This document shows positions 30,186 to 47,300 of a stretch of DNA of 64,000 nucleotides, piece after piece. A program made the position numbers and the translations under genes. The stretch is from the human T2T-CHM13v2.0 reference genome, Homo sapiens. The stretch lies in the NCBI RefSeq assembly GCF_009914755.1, contig NC_060928.1, one strand, 5' to 3'. Under the pieces are notes generated by a model, which saw only the letters and a list, made by a program, of their open reading frames with translations, made no database searches and had not been told where the DNA came from. How positions within the stretch are numbered: the stretch's first letter is position 1; each line of letters opens with the position of its first letter.

Positions 30186-30650
30186 CACTATGAATAAAAA
30201 TGTGTCTCCCTCTCCCCCGCAAATTTATGTGTTGAAGACCTAACCCTAGTACCTTGGAATGTGACCTTATTAGAAAGCAGGGTTGTTGAAGATGTAATTA
30301 GTTAAGACGAGGTCACTTCAGCAGGCCTGGATCCAGTATGACTATTGTCCTTAGGAAAAGAGGAAATCTAGACACAGGCACACACATGTTCGGAAAACAC
30401 TGTGTGAAGATGAAGGCAGAGATCGTTGTGGTGCATCTACAAGCCGAGGGCACCGATGACTGCCAGCAAACCCCAGCAGCTAGGAGAGAGGCATGGAGCA
30501 GATTCTCCCTCACAGCTCTCAGAAGGAACCCACCCTGCCCACACCTTGATCTCAGACTTCTAGGCTCCAGAACCCTGAGACAATACATGCTGTTGTTGAA
30601 CCCACCCAGTCTATGGAACTTTGTTATGGCAGTTCTAGAAAGCTCATACA
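30186..30650 (+). mobile_element. MLT1B/C-like solo LTR inserted in a MIR
   Basis: 'gaatgtgaccttatt...agatgtaattagttaaga' ... 'agctcataca'. 5-bp TSD agtgg (30181-30185 / 30651-30655). Confidence 0.88.
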
Positions 30651-30824
30651 AGTGGTAATTGTTACTAGTTGGTTAATAGTTCTAATCTGGGGTGCAATAA
30701 ATGTGGTATAGGGAGGGGTAGAGGGATGATGGGAGCTGGCGGGCACTGTCAGGACGTCATGCTTGGTCTTGCTTCCTAATTGCTACCTCCTCCCACTTCT
30801 GCCTCTGCACCTCACCACCAAGCG

Positions 30825-31050
30825 CTAATGAATAAGTATGGTTTCCATGCCGGAGACAGGCAGTGTCCTGAGCTCTTTGCATGCATTACTCTGCTTAACC
30901 CCCACACAGCCTGAACTAGAAGGTAACGTTGGTATCTCTGACTTGCAGACAAGGTGACTGTGGATTCGGAGAGGTTGAGTAACTTGCCGAAGGGCAGAGC
31001 AGAGAAGTGATGGGCTAAGATGCAAGCCCAGGCTGCCTAGCTTCTGTGTT
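30825..31050 (-). mobile_element. MIR SINE
   Basis: 'agaggttgagtaacttgccgaaggg' antisense core. Confidence 0.7.
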
Positions 31051-32578
31051 GCCGCTTCCTCCATTGCAGCAGTCAGACCGACTCACATCGCTAGAACAGA
31101 CATTTTAGAGTGATCTTCAAGATGATTTGAAGGGGAGACCTGACCACAGGGCTAGAAAGAGTTCCTCAAGGAGAAACACTATGAGCAGCAGAATATTTTG
31201 TGTCATTGGAACACAAAGCCCTGAATGTATTATTTGAATATTATCTTCTATTTTGGATATGTAAAGGTGTTCCTCTTTTCTGTCTTTATAAGGTTGTGTG
31301 GAGAGGAGCAGACATTTTCCTCCTACCCCAAAGGTGTCCTGTGAACACTTTTGGTATCGAGTTAGGGTAATTGTGAGAACACAGTTCTGCAGAATTGCAC
31401 TTGTTCCCCATCCCTGCCCTCCACCCCCATCAATGCTGCAAAGAATTTGGTTCCACGGCTTTGTCAATTTTTTCAGCCAGAAAAATGTTCCACCATGTGT
31501 CTTTTGTTCTTTTTCTGAGGCGGCTGCAGAGTTATAATTTACTGGCATGTAGAGAAAGTGGATTTATTTTTCATTGCAATTCCATTTTCCCCCTCCTTTG
31601 GGATTCTTGGGAAAACCTGATTAAAATGTCAGCCAGAAGAATGGCTGGTGATCCTTTAAAAGGACTGATTAAATCAGGATGACCCAAAGCACTAACAGAA
31701 GAAAACCCTATGGGGATCTGAGTATGTAACTTTCTAGTTATTGGAGTATAGAAAAAAAAAGGTAGGAAAGAAAGAAATAAGAAGCTTTGATAGAGGAGAA
31801 GGGTGATATTAAAATTATTATAATTAACAACGGTAATAATGAACTCCACTTGAGTAATTTCTGTTCTAGGCTCTGTACTAAACTTTTGTTTTATTATATC
31901 CAAAAATTGAGACTCTTCAAGGTAGGTAGGATTGTTCCACTTTCCATATGAGGTTAAAGAAGGTACCCTTGGTCATATAGCCAGGGCCTGTCCCCTGGGG
32001 CCTGAAGCTTGTGCTTGTTAAAGGTCTTTAACAAGAAGAGACTGTCAGATCCATCCCCCGGAGGGGGCTGCACCATGCTTGGAGACTTGATTCCTTCTGC
32101 TTGGGATTTGAGCACCAACTCCTTCTGTCCTTTTCTGGGACTGGGCCTTTTTGCTCTGCTCCTATACCTGCTTCCAAAATTTCTTGCTAATTGTTTCCTG
32201 CTTAAAACTTTTCCTTTAGAGAAAAGGTACTCACAAATGTATGCATAGAAGTCCACCCAGCTCTCTGTAGCAAAGGGAGAAATTGTTGACTTAGTTGCAG
32301 CATTTTAATTTTGTGTTTTCTAAGAATTGGGTTCTAAGTATTGAACAATCCAGTGGGACCAAAATATTTGGCCTGTTTAATTCCCAGGAAGTTATATGTG
32401 GCCCCCCTGCAGCTGTGGTTACATCATAGAAAGGAAGCCAATAGGAAAGGCAGAGCAAGTGGGCCAGCCGACTTTGGCCGGGCTCATGTAGAGACTGATC
32501 TTGCGAGCTTTCCAGTTTCTTTCTTCTGTCATTCAAGGCCCAGTCCAAGTTAAACCACACAAATCTTGTCTTCTCTAG

Positions 32579-32928
<350 letters not shown>

Positions 32929-34774
32929 TGAAGCACCATGTGCTGTGCTTTTTCATACTATGCATTCTTTGTATTATGTTATTCTTTAATTATTTTCTTT
33001 TATAAAAATAATCCTGTCTGCCCAATAGACTGTGAGCTCTACTTGAGTACAAATGTGTCTCCCTTTACAGTGCCTGCCTTCCCCCAGCCCACCACCAACC
33101 CCCATCTTTACCTCAGCACTGACTTCAGTGCTAGGCATGGAGAGAGTTGCCCAGGATCTACTGTTGAATAACTGTTGAAAGTTTTTCTTTTAGTGTGCTC
33201 AGTTTCTATAATAAAGCAAATGTTCTGTAGAATAAAGAACTGCTCCATCATAGGGGAGAGAATGGGTGTGGGGAGCACAAAAGAGAAAATGTCAGGAAGA
33301 GGAAAAATGACTCTATAGACCATCATGCAGCCCAGTGTTGGGGAATTCCGTTAAAAGATTCCCCTGATGTATCCCTGCATTGGCAGGGGATGGGCTAAAC
33401 AGATAGTAATTATTGGTGCTTGTTTGTCTCAGTTATGGTACACTTGCAGGCTTCTCTTCAGAAATAAACTACAAATTGGCAACAGGAGGAGAATATAATG
33501 CCTGAGAAATCTCAAACTCAGAGCCTCTTCTTTGTTTAGAAAGGACTGTGAAAGTAGCAGGAGATACCTGCACCTCACTGCCTTTAATGGAATAAAAATG
33601 TAATTGGATGTTCCCATGGGTCCCCTGTCTCTGTGCTGAGGAAAGTTGTAAACAGGGAGGGAACACCTCCTCTGCTGTCAATAGCATGTAGGTTGCCTTC
33701 AGAATTGTGACTTCAGAGAACACAGGACCACTCCTCTTGCCCATCATCCACTTACCTATAGGATCCCTGAATTGTTCACACAATTAAAGAATCCCACTTT
33801 CTAGCAGAGAAAAGGGGAGGGCAGAAAATATCTAAATCATACTTTAGCCCACATTTTACAGGATGTAAAGCATGGGTCTCTCTCTCTTGGGTCCTGCAAT
33901 TTTCTTATCACTGTAAAAAAATACGTATAAAATCAAAGTGTTTTCTTCTCTGGAGGATGGTGATATCACTAATTTGTACAGACCCTAGACGACACATCCT
34001 TTTGGTCTTTCCAAAGGAAGAGAACTTTCTTATTACACTTCAAATCAAGAAGCTCTTTAGGAGAAATCGCAACTATCAGTCATTCACATCCTCTTTATAA
34101 TCCTCTCATGTTTTTGTTTTATAATCTACCCAAAAGGGAAGAACTGAACTAATTTTAAGCAGACTTTTTAATGCAAAAATATACACAAGGGAGCAAAGGG
34201 CAAGAATTTAAATTACGTGAGATGATGACTTTTTTTTTTCAGATCATACAGTTATTTGATAACACTAGCTTGTCCTGATAGTTCTCATTTGCAATTAGAT
34301 GTATGCTGCCTTTTTGTATTCAAGAGAAAATGTTTCCAGATAGATTCGTGGGGCTTAAAAGACTCACATTAGAGATGAAAAACCAAACAATCCCTGTCCC
34401 CCTCAAACCAAAAGCTACTGGTGCTCAATTCACTAGGCAGAGAAGAATGGAGAAACTATGACCCTGGTTTCTTAAGCATTTGCTGACCTCCCCTAGGTTC
34501 AGTTTAAAGAGTCTTAGCCTCTTTGTGGTGATTCTCAGAACTATGATATTTCAGGGTTGGGAGGCACTTGGGTTAATATCTAGTCCAATCAAATACCTAG
34601 GGCTTGAATTTTTTCTTTTGTATCTTTACCAAAAGATCACAGCTTTGAATACATCTTGAATGCTTTCAGTCTTGAATACATCCAGAGGTGGGGAGCTCAC
34701 TACCTTATGAGATATCTCATTTCATTTATGGTCAACTCTGTAGGAAATTTTTTACGTTGAACAAAAATCAATTC

Positions 34775-35460
34775 AAATGCTTTTACTGAGTGCATACTAT
34801 GCTTCAGGTATTAAGTTCTGAGGATCTAACAAGTGAGCAAAATAGAAAGCAATCTCTGTGCTTTTGGAGTTTGCTTCCTACAGAAGAGAGACAGAATAAA
34901 GGCAAGTAAAATGAAGAGCACGACTGGGACAAGTAAGAAAGAAAGAGAATGCCAGGGGCGGACACTTGCAGTCTTAACTAGTGTGGTTAGGAAAGGCCTC
35001 ATGGACAACTGACTTTCAAGTGGAGTCCTGAAAGAGCCATGTGAGTATCAAGGGGAAGAGCATTCCAGCAGCAGAAACAGTAAGCGCAAAGGGCCTGAGG
35101 CAGGTTTATGGAGCAGTGAAGAGGCCAGTGTGATTGGAATGGGGAAGGCAAAGGGGAGGATGGTGAGATATGAGGTTAGAAAGGGAATGGGAGGCAGACC
35201 ATGGGAGCCAGACCCATGGGGCCTTGGGAGTCTTTGTAAGGATACCGTATTTTACTCTAAACATGATAAGGAGTCATTGGAGGGTCCTAGTACGATTTGA
35301 CTTAAGTTATAGAAAATTTGCTCTGCAAATAGACTGTATGGGAAAGTAAGTGGGCTTAGGGAGAGCAGTTAGAGACTGCTGCGGAAGTTCGGGCCAGAGA
35401 CAATGGCATCTTGGTGTGCAAAGTGTGTGGGCTCAGGATGTATTTTGAATAGTGCTCTTT
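34775..35460 (-). mobile_element. L2 LINE 3' region
   Basis: 'ttactgagtgcatactatg', 'ggaaaggcctc', 'gaagagcattccagcagcag..cag..gcaaagg.cctgagg' antisense L2 motifs. Confidence 0.8.
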
Positions 35461-35652
35461 GAGTTTCACCTGCGGATCCTAGCATTATCTCCTGGGGCTT
35501 AACACATGTGGTCCTCATGCATATATTCGGACCAAGGTAAAAATAAGGCAAATGCCACTTATTTCTTCCTTTTGACTCTTCCCAGCCCTCTTACTTCTTC
35601 CTCATAAGCAACCATCCTAAAGCATATGATGTGTATTTTTCTATTTGTATGA

Positions 35653-36003
<351 letters not shown>

Positions 36004-36479
36004 TAAAACTTAAATACCTGACTTTGTGCTATAGATCACCTTCTGTTTCTTTCTGTATTTTAAAAATCAATCTGCATTGCTGAATGTACTGAGTCTGCTG
36101 CTTCTGGCTGAAGCGACTTCTTCAAATGAGACAGCTGAGCTGTGAAAAACTCTGTTAGCACCTGTTTCCCTGGAGCCTTCTTCTTTCCAGTCCAAGCCTG
36201 TTCACTTCTTCCACTGTTCCCACATAACATGGCTTTGAGCCTTCTCTTGGCCTGGCCACTCTCTTTTGAGCCTTCCACGGCCTATTTTGGCTCATAGTCT
36301 TGGGCTTCTGAGAACAGAATCTATGCCTGAAAACCACTTGCCATTTTTCAGGCCTGTAAACAAGGTTCAGTAGCTGAGAAATGGGTGTGGGGACTTGGAC
36401 TAAGAAAATAGAAGCTACAGGACAAAGAGAGCCCCTAGACTCCACATGTACCCAGAGCAGACTTTGCTTCAATTTTTTT

Positions 36480-36730
36480 GGGCAGTATAGAGTAGTGGTT
36501 AAGAATTTTGGCTCTTAGATTAGATAAATTTAGGCTTGTCTACTCATTCTCCTTCCTACTACACTCTGTGTTACTTTGGGTAAATCACTCAACTTCTCTG
36601 AGCTGCATTTTCTTCTTCTGTAAAATTGTGATAATCAGAAATAATTTTGTGAGGCTGTTATTAGATGCAATACTGTATGCAAACTTCTTGGCGCAGAGCC
36701 TGATACAGGGTGGGCCCTTGGTAAATATTG
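36480..36730 (+). mobile_element. MIR SINE
   Basis: Head 'agtatagagtagtggttaaga' and core 'ttctgtaaaattg'. Confidence 0.8.
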
Positions 36731-37528
36731 GCTGTAATTTTTAAATATAAATTCATACAAACCCAGATTGTCATGAAAATGAAATATGGAGCATTCATTT
36801 GCATCACAAAAGATATTAAAAGATTCTCTTTAATAACAATTTCTCTAGTGTATTTCTATAATTTAAATGACCCAAACTGGGTTTTGATGCTGCTTTTCAA
36901 CAGTATAGATTGTATAGAGCTTGATTTACCTGTATTATGACAGTGAGGGAGATGCCCCACATGACCGTGAGAGATATTTTGAGATTTCCTGTCTATACAC
37001 AGACATAGTGGTATTATATGTGTTCCCTCTGCCCCCAACCCTTGTCTCTGCCCTGTCTCCTCTCTCAGACTTTTCACAATGGTAATCCCAGCAGTGGGTT
37101 ATACTTTTTAAGAAATCTTGAGGCTAACACTATATTCCAAGAAGTGGTGCATTCTGTTTTTTCCAGTAAAAACCTACAGTAAATGAAAATATAGAAGTAG
37201 AGGACTTGAAGAGACCAGAAGAGTTTGGTGTCATTGAATCCACAGGATTGGAAGGGAACTCAGTGGTCATCAAATCCTCCCTTCTCTTTCTGTAGATGAG
37301 GACACTAAGGCTTATGGTGGTGGAGAGACTTGGCTAAGGTCGCCCAGCTTATAAACAGCACAGCAGGAATGCAGACTTCCTGTCCAGCATTCTTTCTTCA
37401 ACTCATGGTTCCTGGTAAGAATTGGATTTTCATCACCCATTTTTATTCAAGGAATGGAATTTGCACTTTCCCTTGGCATTCTATCCTAGTAAGAAAGTTT
37501 TTACTTCAACTTATCCCAATTCCCCCCC

Positions 37529-37815
<287 letters not shown>

Positions 37816-38595
37816 CCAATTCCCTCTTTGAACAATTTAAATACCCAAACTCAGCCTGCCATAGAACTATCATAGATCTATGTCATTCTGGATATGGCCC
37901 AGAGAAAGGGAACACAGTGCAGGCTACACGCACACAGTCTGTTTTTACCTCCTTTTGCCCCCAACTTGAACTTCTTAAAGGCTGCTCCTCACTTCACTCC
38001 TTCCCCTCTATTTAATGTCTCTGCCACTAGAATGTGAGCACCAGGAGAGCCAGGTCTTCATCTGTTTTATTCTCTGGTGTATAAACAGAGCCTGGCATAA
38101 AACAAGAGCTAAGTGGATGCTTGCTGAAGGACTAATACACTTATTGAGTGCCTGCAATGTTCCAGGCACTCTTCTTGGCACACTGGGCACACATCCTCCC
38201 TTAGTACTAGGAATACGAAGAGGAGAGAAAAAAATATCTGTCTCTGATAGAGAAGCAAGGTTTAAGTTCACCCTGCCTCTCTCTGGCAGACTCAGAGGAA
38301 ATCTTTTGACCAAAAAACAAGTAGCTTCTCTCCCTAACCCTCACATCATAATAGCATGTCATCATGCCTCACCATGCTACCACAGGCCACACACATGTGG
38401 ATGTGTGTACATATACACATACACACAAGAGTCAGTTTTAAGTGACTGAAGTAGCAACTAAATTTCCATCTGTTTCCCTAATGTATATTTCTTACAGCCT
38501 TGCATGGTACAGGTACCTAAAATTCACACTATCAGAATGATTCTCTGGGTTAAGGAACATCTATAATAGTCCCATTTTGTTTGTTTATTACAAAT

Positions 38596-39088
38596 AATTT
38601 CAACTTTTATTTTAGTTTCAGGAGGTGCATGTGCAGGTTTTTTACATGGGAATATTGTGTGATGCTGGGTTTTGGGGTATGATTGATCCTGTCACTCAGG
38701 TAATGAGCATAGTACCCAATAGTTACAACCCTTGCTCCCACTTTCTCTCCCTTCTAGTAGTCCCCAGTGCCTATTTTTGCCATCTTGATGTCCACGAGTA
38801 CCCAATGTTTAGCCCTCACTTAGTGAGAACATATGGTATTTGGTTTTCTGTTCCTGCATTAATTTGCTTAGGACAATGGCCTCTAGCTGCATCCATCTTG
38901 CTGCAAAGTACATGATTTTGTTCTTTTTTATGGCTGCATAGTATTCCACGGTGTTTATAAACCCTATTTTCTTTATCCAATCCACTTCCAGTGGGCACTT
39001 TGATTCCATGTCTTTGCTATTGTGAATAGTGCTGTGATAAACATACAAGTGCATGTCTTTTTTTTGTAGAACAATTTATTTTCCTCTG
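38596..39088 (-). mobile_element. L1PA15/16-like 3' end (~0.5 kb)
   Basis: Antisense 3'UTR 'catgtgcaggtt..ttacatggg..tattgtgtgatgctg' and ORF2 C-terminal fragment (38809-39054). Confidence 0.85.
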
Positions 39089-39207
39089 TAGACCCACTTT
39101 AAATTATAAAGATTTTATCCAGAGACTCCAAAGGTTCTTTATTAGCAACACTGATATGTTCACATGAATTAATTTTTCGGGTCAATGATAGAAATGGACA
39201 GAACAGA

Positions 39208-41493
<2,286 letters not shown>

Positions 41494-41794
41494 GCAACGC
41501 ATAGACCGGTTACTTTGTGTATCACTGATGTAGAAGTCAGGCCACTGTCTGGGTAGGTAGGTCCTAGTGAGGCATTTGTGAGAAGATCCCTGGGCTTATA
41601 GGGGCCACAAGAAGGCTGTTCCTTAGAGGTGGGCAGGAAGGACAGAGGAGATCAATTTTGCTTACTTCACTTCATAGCTTTGCCTAAGGACTAGGCTTGA
41701 CTTAAATGGAATGAATTTTTTTCTAAAAAAATTTGCTTCAGCATTTTGCCAAATGCTTGCTATAGGAGACACTCCACATATGTTGTTGTTCATC

Positions 41795-41990
41795 AGTGTG
41801 GAGCATTGAAAATAATCCGGAGTCGAACAGAAAAGAGTTCAAATCCACCGTTCTCTACTTTTAGCTGGGTGACATTGGGCAAGTTACTTAACTTTTCTGT
41901 TCCTTCATTTATAAAAACTTGAATGATAGAAGCCACCATATATGTTTTATTATATCAATTAAGTGCAGTAGCATCCCTAAAAGTAGATTT
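41795..41990 (+). mobile_element. MIR SINE
   Basis: 'gttcaaatcc...tagctgggtgacattgggcaagttacttaac'. Confidence 0.8.
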
Positions 41991-42904
41991 CCAGGCACTT
42001 GAGTGCTTTTTTGAGTAAACAGATTGAGTGATATCTTCCAGCATTATCTGATATACTCTTCTCCATGATTCTGTGAGGTGGCAACTATATGAGGCCCATT
42101 TTGTGAATGGGGAAACAGAGGCTTAACAAAGCAAAGACTAGGGAAAGTTAAATGATTTGCCTAAAGTTGGAGCCAGAGCAAAGATGACTCATAGATCAAA
42201 AGAACTGCTTGAAAGTAGCACCCACGATTTTCCTGCAGGCATTTTTGTTCTATTTGATACTAATGAGTTGGCTGTGTGGGCAGTGAGTTGATAAAGGAAC
42301 ATGAACTGAATCATTAAGCCTCCATTTTATTGTCTCCACTGTACAGATTTCACAACTGACTTGGGTGAGGAAATTCCACCAAAAACTTTAATATGGAAAA
42401 AAAGAGAAGGAAAAAAAAGGCAAGGTATCTCTAAATAGCTCTGCAAAGGTCAATGGGATTAATGTATCCTTTGAACATGGTTATTTTAGCTGAAATAAGA
42501 AAACAGCATGAGGGAACTTCACAGACTACTTGTGTAATAGAAATGTAATGTATTTGCCCCTTTTTTCTTCCTTTGTGGCAAACATGTGATTACATGAAGC
42601 AAGTTGGTAGAATAAATAAAATAACCAAGAAATTGTGCTCTGGAAATGTGTTCATTATCTGTAAATATTATTTTACATCCTCAGATTCATCAAAATCAGC
42701 ATCTCAAGGTGGCTTGAAAAGAACAAGTAGATAATGGGCAGCTAAAAATGATGGATTGGAAGCCTGGAGACAATGTGTGCTCCTGGGGACTTTTGCGATT
42801 GGCTCCTATGTTCTGTATAATTTAAGAAAACGACCTCTAACTCAATGTATAGGTCAAACTTAATTTTTAACCTCCTGTGAGATGAAAATTAACCTTGAGG
42901 TAAA

Positions 42905-43190
42905 TTCATAGAATTTCCCAAGTAGAAATTAGAGCCCTGGAAGACATTAATAAGTGTTCTTAGAAAAAAAGGTTATTTGGTTAAAAAGTTTTGAAGCCAC
43001 TGGGTTCAGAGCTTCATAGAGGCCTCCAGCGCAGGACTTCTCAGAGCCTCTAATGTACTAATGCAGAATATGAGCTTCCCAGAGGGCTGCAAGCAGCATA
43101 CAATTATTTAATTGTGGAAGCTCCCACTCAACATTTTTTAGCATCTTGTGGTTATTGCATTCTTTGGAATATACTTTGGGAAATAATGAT
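42905..43190. mobile_element. hAT-Charlie (Charlie4-like) fragment
   Basis: 'caggacttctcagagcctctaatgtactaatg' with tttcccaa / ttgggaaa inverted ends. Confidence 0.55.
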
Positions 43191-43719
43191 CTTCTCTGAC
43201 ACTCCTCATTGTATAGTTTAGGAAATCAAGTTCAACAGAGTTTATGTACCTTATAGTTAACATCTTAATTTTGTGTCTGCCTATGAGATGTGACTGTAAA
43301 ATAACACAAGGTTTGCTTCCAGGCTCACATGGTTGTTGGCAGCATTAAGATCCTCGCATGCTGTTGACTGAGGGCTTCAGTTTCTTGCTGTCTGTCAGCC
43401 TCCAGCCAGCCATCCCCAAGTCTTGCCAAATGGACTTTCCCAAAGTCTTGTTGTTTGAGGAACCAAGTCTTTGGTTCCAACAATGGAGAGATTACAATTA
43501 AAAATTTACAAATATAGAAATACTGCTTGGAGATGAGTGTTACCTTTCAAAATGGAACCCACTGCTGTGTTTACATGGAGTGTCTCCACAATCATGCTTC
43601 TATTCAAAACAATTTCACAGCTTCTCTTTTGGATATTGCTTTGTTTAGGCTACCACACTTGCCACACAAAACAGCCTGCTGACTGCAGAGCAACAACTGA
43701 ACAATGATCTGATAGTAGA

Positions 43720-44130
43720 AAGAGTGCTAGATTAGGGCATCACTCTAGGACATTAGTTGTAGTCTCTACTGCATCATCAACAAGTTAAATGACATTATTT
43801 CTTAAACTCTTAGAGTCCCAGTTTCTTAGTCTATAAATCTCGTCGTTAGAATAGCTACCTCAAGGAGTCATTGTTTGGATTAAATGAGATAATGTATGTG
43901 GATATCCTTTATAGGAAAAGGGTTAATTGTGTAGTCTCTGGAAGTTGATTGCCTGAGTTAGAGTCTCAGCTCTGCTCTTTGGTAGCTTTTTGACCTTGGG
44001 AAAATTATTTAACTCAAGTTTTCCCACTTTTAGAATGGGAATATAAAAGTTCATACCTTTTGGGGTTGTGTGAATTATTAAAATAATATTTATAAAGTGC
44101 TTAGCACAGTGCCTGACACATGGTAGATGC
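43720..44130 (+). mobile_element. Two tandem MIR SINEs
   Basis: 'ggattaaatgagataatgtatg' and 'tgaccttgggaaaattatttaac...aaagtgcttagcacagtgcctgacaca'. Confidence 0.75.
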
Positions 44131-44253
44131 TAGATGCTATTAATCTAAACTGTAAAATATTAGACAGATGAATAGTGGCTCTCTTTCAAGAGAATTCTTG
44201 ATTTTGTTAAGAGTGACTAGATGAGACAGCAAGACAAGAGCAAGATAATTAAA

Positions 44254-44412
44254 AGCTGGGTGTGGTAGTATGTGCCTGTAGTCCCAATTACTTGGGAGAC
44301 CAAGGCAGGAGGATTGCTTAGGTCCAGGAGTTCGAGGCTGTAATGAACTATGATTGCACCACTGCTCTCTAGTCTGGGCAACATAACGAGGCTCTGTCTC
44401 TTAAAAAAACAA
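44254..44412 (+). mobile_element. Alu monomer (FRAM / AluJ right arm)
   Basis: Single right-arm monomer 'cctgtagtccca...caggagttcgaggctg...ctatgattgcaccactg' with A tail. Confidence 0.88.
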
Positions 44413-44494
44413 AGAATGATATAATGGGTAAAAAAAATGCCTATAATATTACAAATTTTACTGACCAGACCTGGCTCAGAATAACTAATGTTTG

Positions 44495-45059
44495 TGTATT
44501 AGTTACCTATTGCTGCATGATAATATTAAAACTTGGCAGCTTCAAATAATCCATATTGTCTCACAGTGGCTGTGGGTCAGGAGTTTAGGCATGGCTTAGT
44601 TAGGTCCTCTGTAAGGTTACAAAGTATCAGCTGGGGCTGGGGTTTCATCCGAATGCTTGGTGAGGAAGGATTTACTTCCAAGTGCATGTGGTTGTTGGCA
44701 GCATTCAGATCCTTGCATGCTGTGGACTGAAGGCTTCAGTTTCTTGCTGTCTGTCAGCTCGCAGACAGCCACCCTCAGGTCTTGCCAAATCGACTTTCCC
44801 AAAGTCTTGTTGTTTGAGGAACCAAACACTTGGCCCCTCAAAGCCAACAATGGAGAGAGAGTTTACTAGCAAGATGGGTTACAGTGTTATGTTACCTAAT
44901 CATGTGCATGTGATAACGTACAACCCATCATTTTTGCCATACTCTATTGGCTAGGAGCAAATCCCAGACTCCACCCACACTCAATGGGAGAGTATCACAC
45001 AAGGATATGAATAGCAGGAAGCAGAGGTCAGGGGGTCACCCTAGCATTTTCCTGCCACA
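44495..45059 (-). mobile_element. MLT1D/E-like solo LTR
   Basis: tgtattagttacctattgctgc ... ctgccaca, with 'ggttgttggcagcattcag' antisense MLT1. Confidence 0.85.
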
Positions 45060-46834
45060 GATTGTTTCCAAAATCAAGCCCAAATTAAAAGAATGAAGGT
45101 TTTGACAGACTATGCCCCTGAAATCAATTTTAGAAGATGAGATTTTTGGAACAAAAGCAGCATGATTGGAATATGTATAGTCTCCCAAGATGGCCACTTT
45201 GAGGGGCAATACCTGTTTCAACCAGAATTTACATCTTATCCTGTTGTTCAATGCCAGACGCATTCTTTCTTGGTCAATTCTCATCTATTCTAAACTAGAA
45301 GAATTTTCCTCATAATCTACATTTGTTTGTATATTTTATGTAATTCCTTGATCTTCTGTTTTGTATGAACTTTCCCTTAAAGACCTGTCTAGGCTAACAA
45401 ATAGATGAACTGAAAGTTGTTTTTATTATGTAATAAATCTTAAATATGACCTCTCATTATCTAAAGAGATCTGAAAAGATAAATCTGCCTTTATCTAAGT
45501 TTCCTTGATTTTGTGTATTCAGGGTTCTGAATTTACCACATAATAGCACAAGTATTTGCTTCTCTTTGGCTGTGTAGCCCCTTGGGAGTCTTTGTTAAAT
45601 AGCTCCAATGTCGTTTCTTATACTCAGATACAATCACCAGGTATTTGGTATTGAACCTCACAACATGAGTGTGAAGCTGTGTCACCTGTGCTCACCTATG
45701 TAATAATCATCTTGAAAAGAATAACACACGCAGGCAGCACAAAGAAACTGAAGCTTGAGAAATACCTCTCCAAGAACAGTCTTGGGGCATAAGATCATCC
45801 TAACTGTGGGGCAAAAGAATGTTAGAACATTAAACAATCATAGGGTATAAAAATGTCTTAAATTAGCCTGATGAAGACTATTTTTAGGTTATGCTTGAAC
45901 AAGAGAACATGAGGTTATAGCCAACCACATGAAAAATGGAAGGGAGCAGAAAGGGTATTGCTTAGTTTCTACTCCATAAAAATCACAGTGAGCCCATAAT
46001 AAATGCATTTGGATGTTGTGGTGGCTCCCTGGAATAAAATATTCTCTGAAGATTTTTCAAAACTCTGATCCATTCCCCAGGGTTTGCCAGCCATGTTATT
46101 GATTCATTATTTTCACTTCATTTGAAGCATTATTCATCTATGACTTTGGTTTGTGGTTGAGTTCTACTGAGAATAAAATCAGCAAAGTGTTTCTACTTTA
46201 ACTTCATTTTTCTTTGGATGTTCTTGATAGCACCAACAGAACCCTAAGTGTTTTTGTCACAAACAAGTATATGCTTGTTTGTATTGAAATCCGATATATC
46301 CATCACTGAAACTTTGGATTAGGGAGAACATGATGGCTGTGTAAGTCAACTTATAAGTAAACCCAAGGTTTCTTACAAATACTGTTTTGGCAGATTAATA
46401 TTTATAGGCTTATACTTAAAAAAGTCATATTCCCAGAACAAGTCAGCTTGACCCATAGAGAAAAATTCAGACACTAGCTGTAACAATAGAATTGAACAAC
46501 AAAATATCTCATCCTCACATTAGATTTTAGTCCTATGTCTGCCCTTAACTTGATATGTGACCTGGGGCCGTTCACTTAACCTCAGACTTCAATATTATGT
46601 AAAGGCTTTTGAGGTCTGGAATCCCATAACTCCTAGGGAGACAGAGAGGTGGCAACCTTTTACAAACAGAGTGTCAAATTTCTAACCTCTGATTTCTGGT
46701 ATTTTCAAGAGATAGCTGAGGTCACTTTGTTTTGACTTCTGTGTACAGGGAAGAGAGAGGAAATACGGGGATGATAAAAGGATGAATAGTGAATCCCAAA
46801 CTGTCAGAGGGAAAGTGTTATTGATACATTCAAC

Positions 46835-47300
46835 TACCTTTATTGAGCATTTTGAAGTGTGGGACACAGTGCCAGGTATTGCAGAAGGTGTAAAGAGGAT
46901 TAAGACATATTTTCGGCCTTAAAAAGCTTATAAGATAGAGGAAAAAATAAGAGTTGATACATAAATAAAAGAACCCAAGGCAAGGCAGGGTATGATTATG
47001 GCCACGAGGAAGATTCAGACCAGATGTGATTAAAGTTTACATGGAATGATCATGTCTAGTTTGCAGAGGATGAGCTCAGAAAAGCTTTCATTAAAAGCTG
47101 ACATTTGAAATGAACCTTAAAGGGTGGAGAGGAGGTTTGCTGATGCAAATAGAGGGAGGAAAGCTCTAGGTAGAGGGAGATGGATAAGCAATGGGTTGGA
47201 AATGGAAAAAACATCATGGGCTATAGGAATAAAATTGAATAGCTGTATTTGGTGGAACAGTGGACAATTGTGTTGAAAAGTAGGCAGCGGGCTTATGATT
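46835..47300 (-). mobile_element. L2 LINE fragment
   Basis: 'tttattgagcat..aagtgtgggacacagtgccagg', 'gacatttgaa.tgaacctt'. Confidence 0.6.

Larger units (their letters stand above)
43310..44858. repeat. Dispersed direct repeat pair: ~43310-43491 and ~44669-44858
   Basis: 138/160 identical in the ungapped part (offset 1359), then an 8-bp indel and a shared 'ccaacaatggagaga'. Confidence 0.92.

Noticed and set aside
31117-31903. Cluster of 79-143 aa ORFs in partly unique sequence
   Set aside because: Overlapping on both strands with no protein family resemblance, and lengths within chance expectation.
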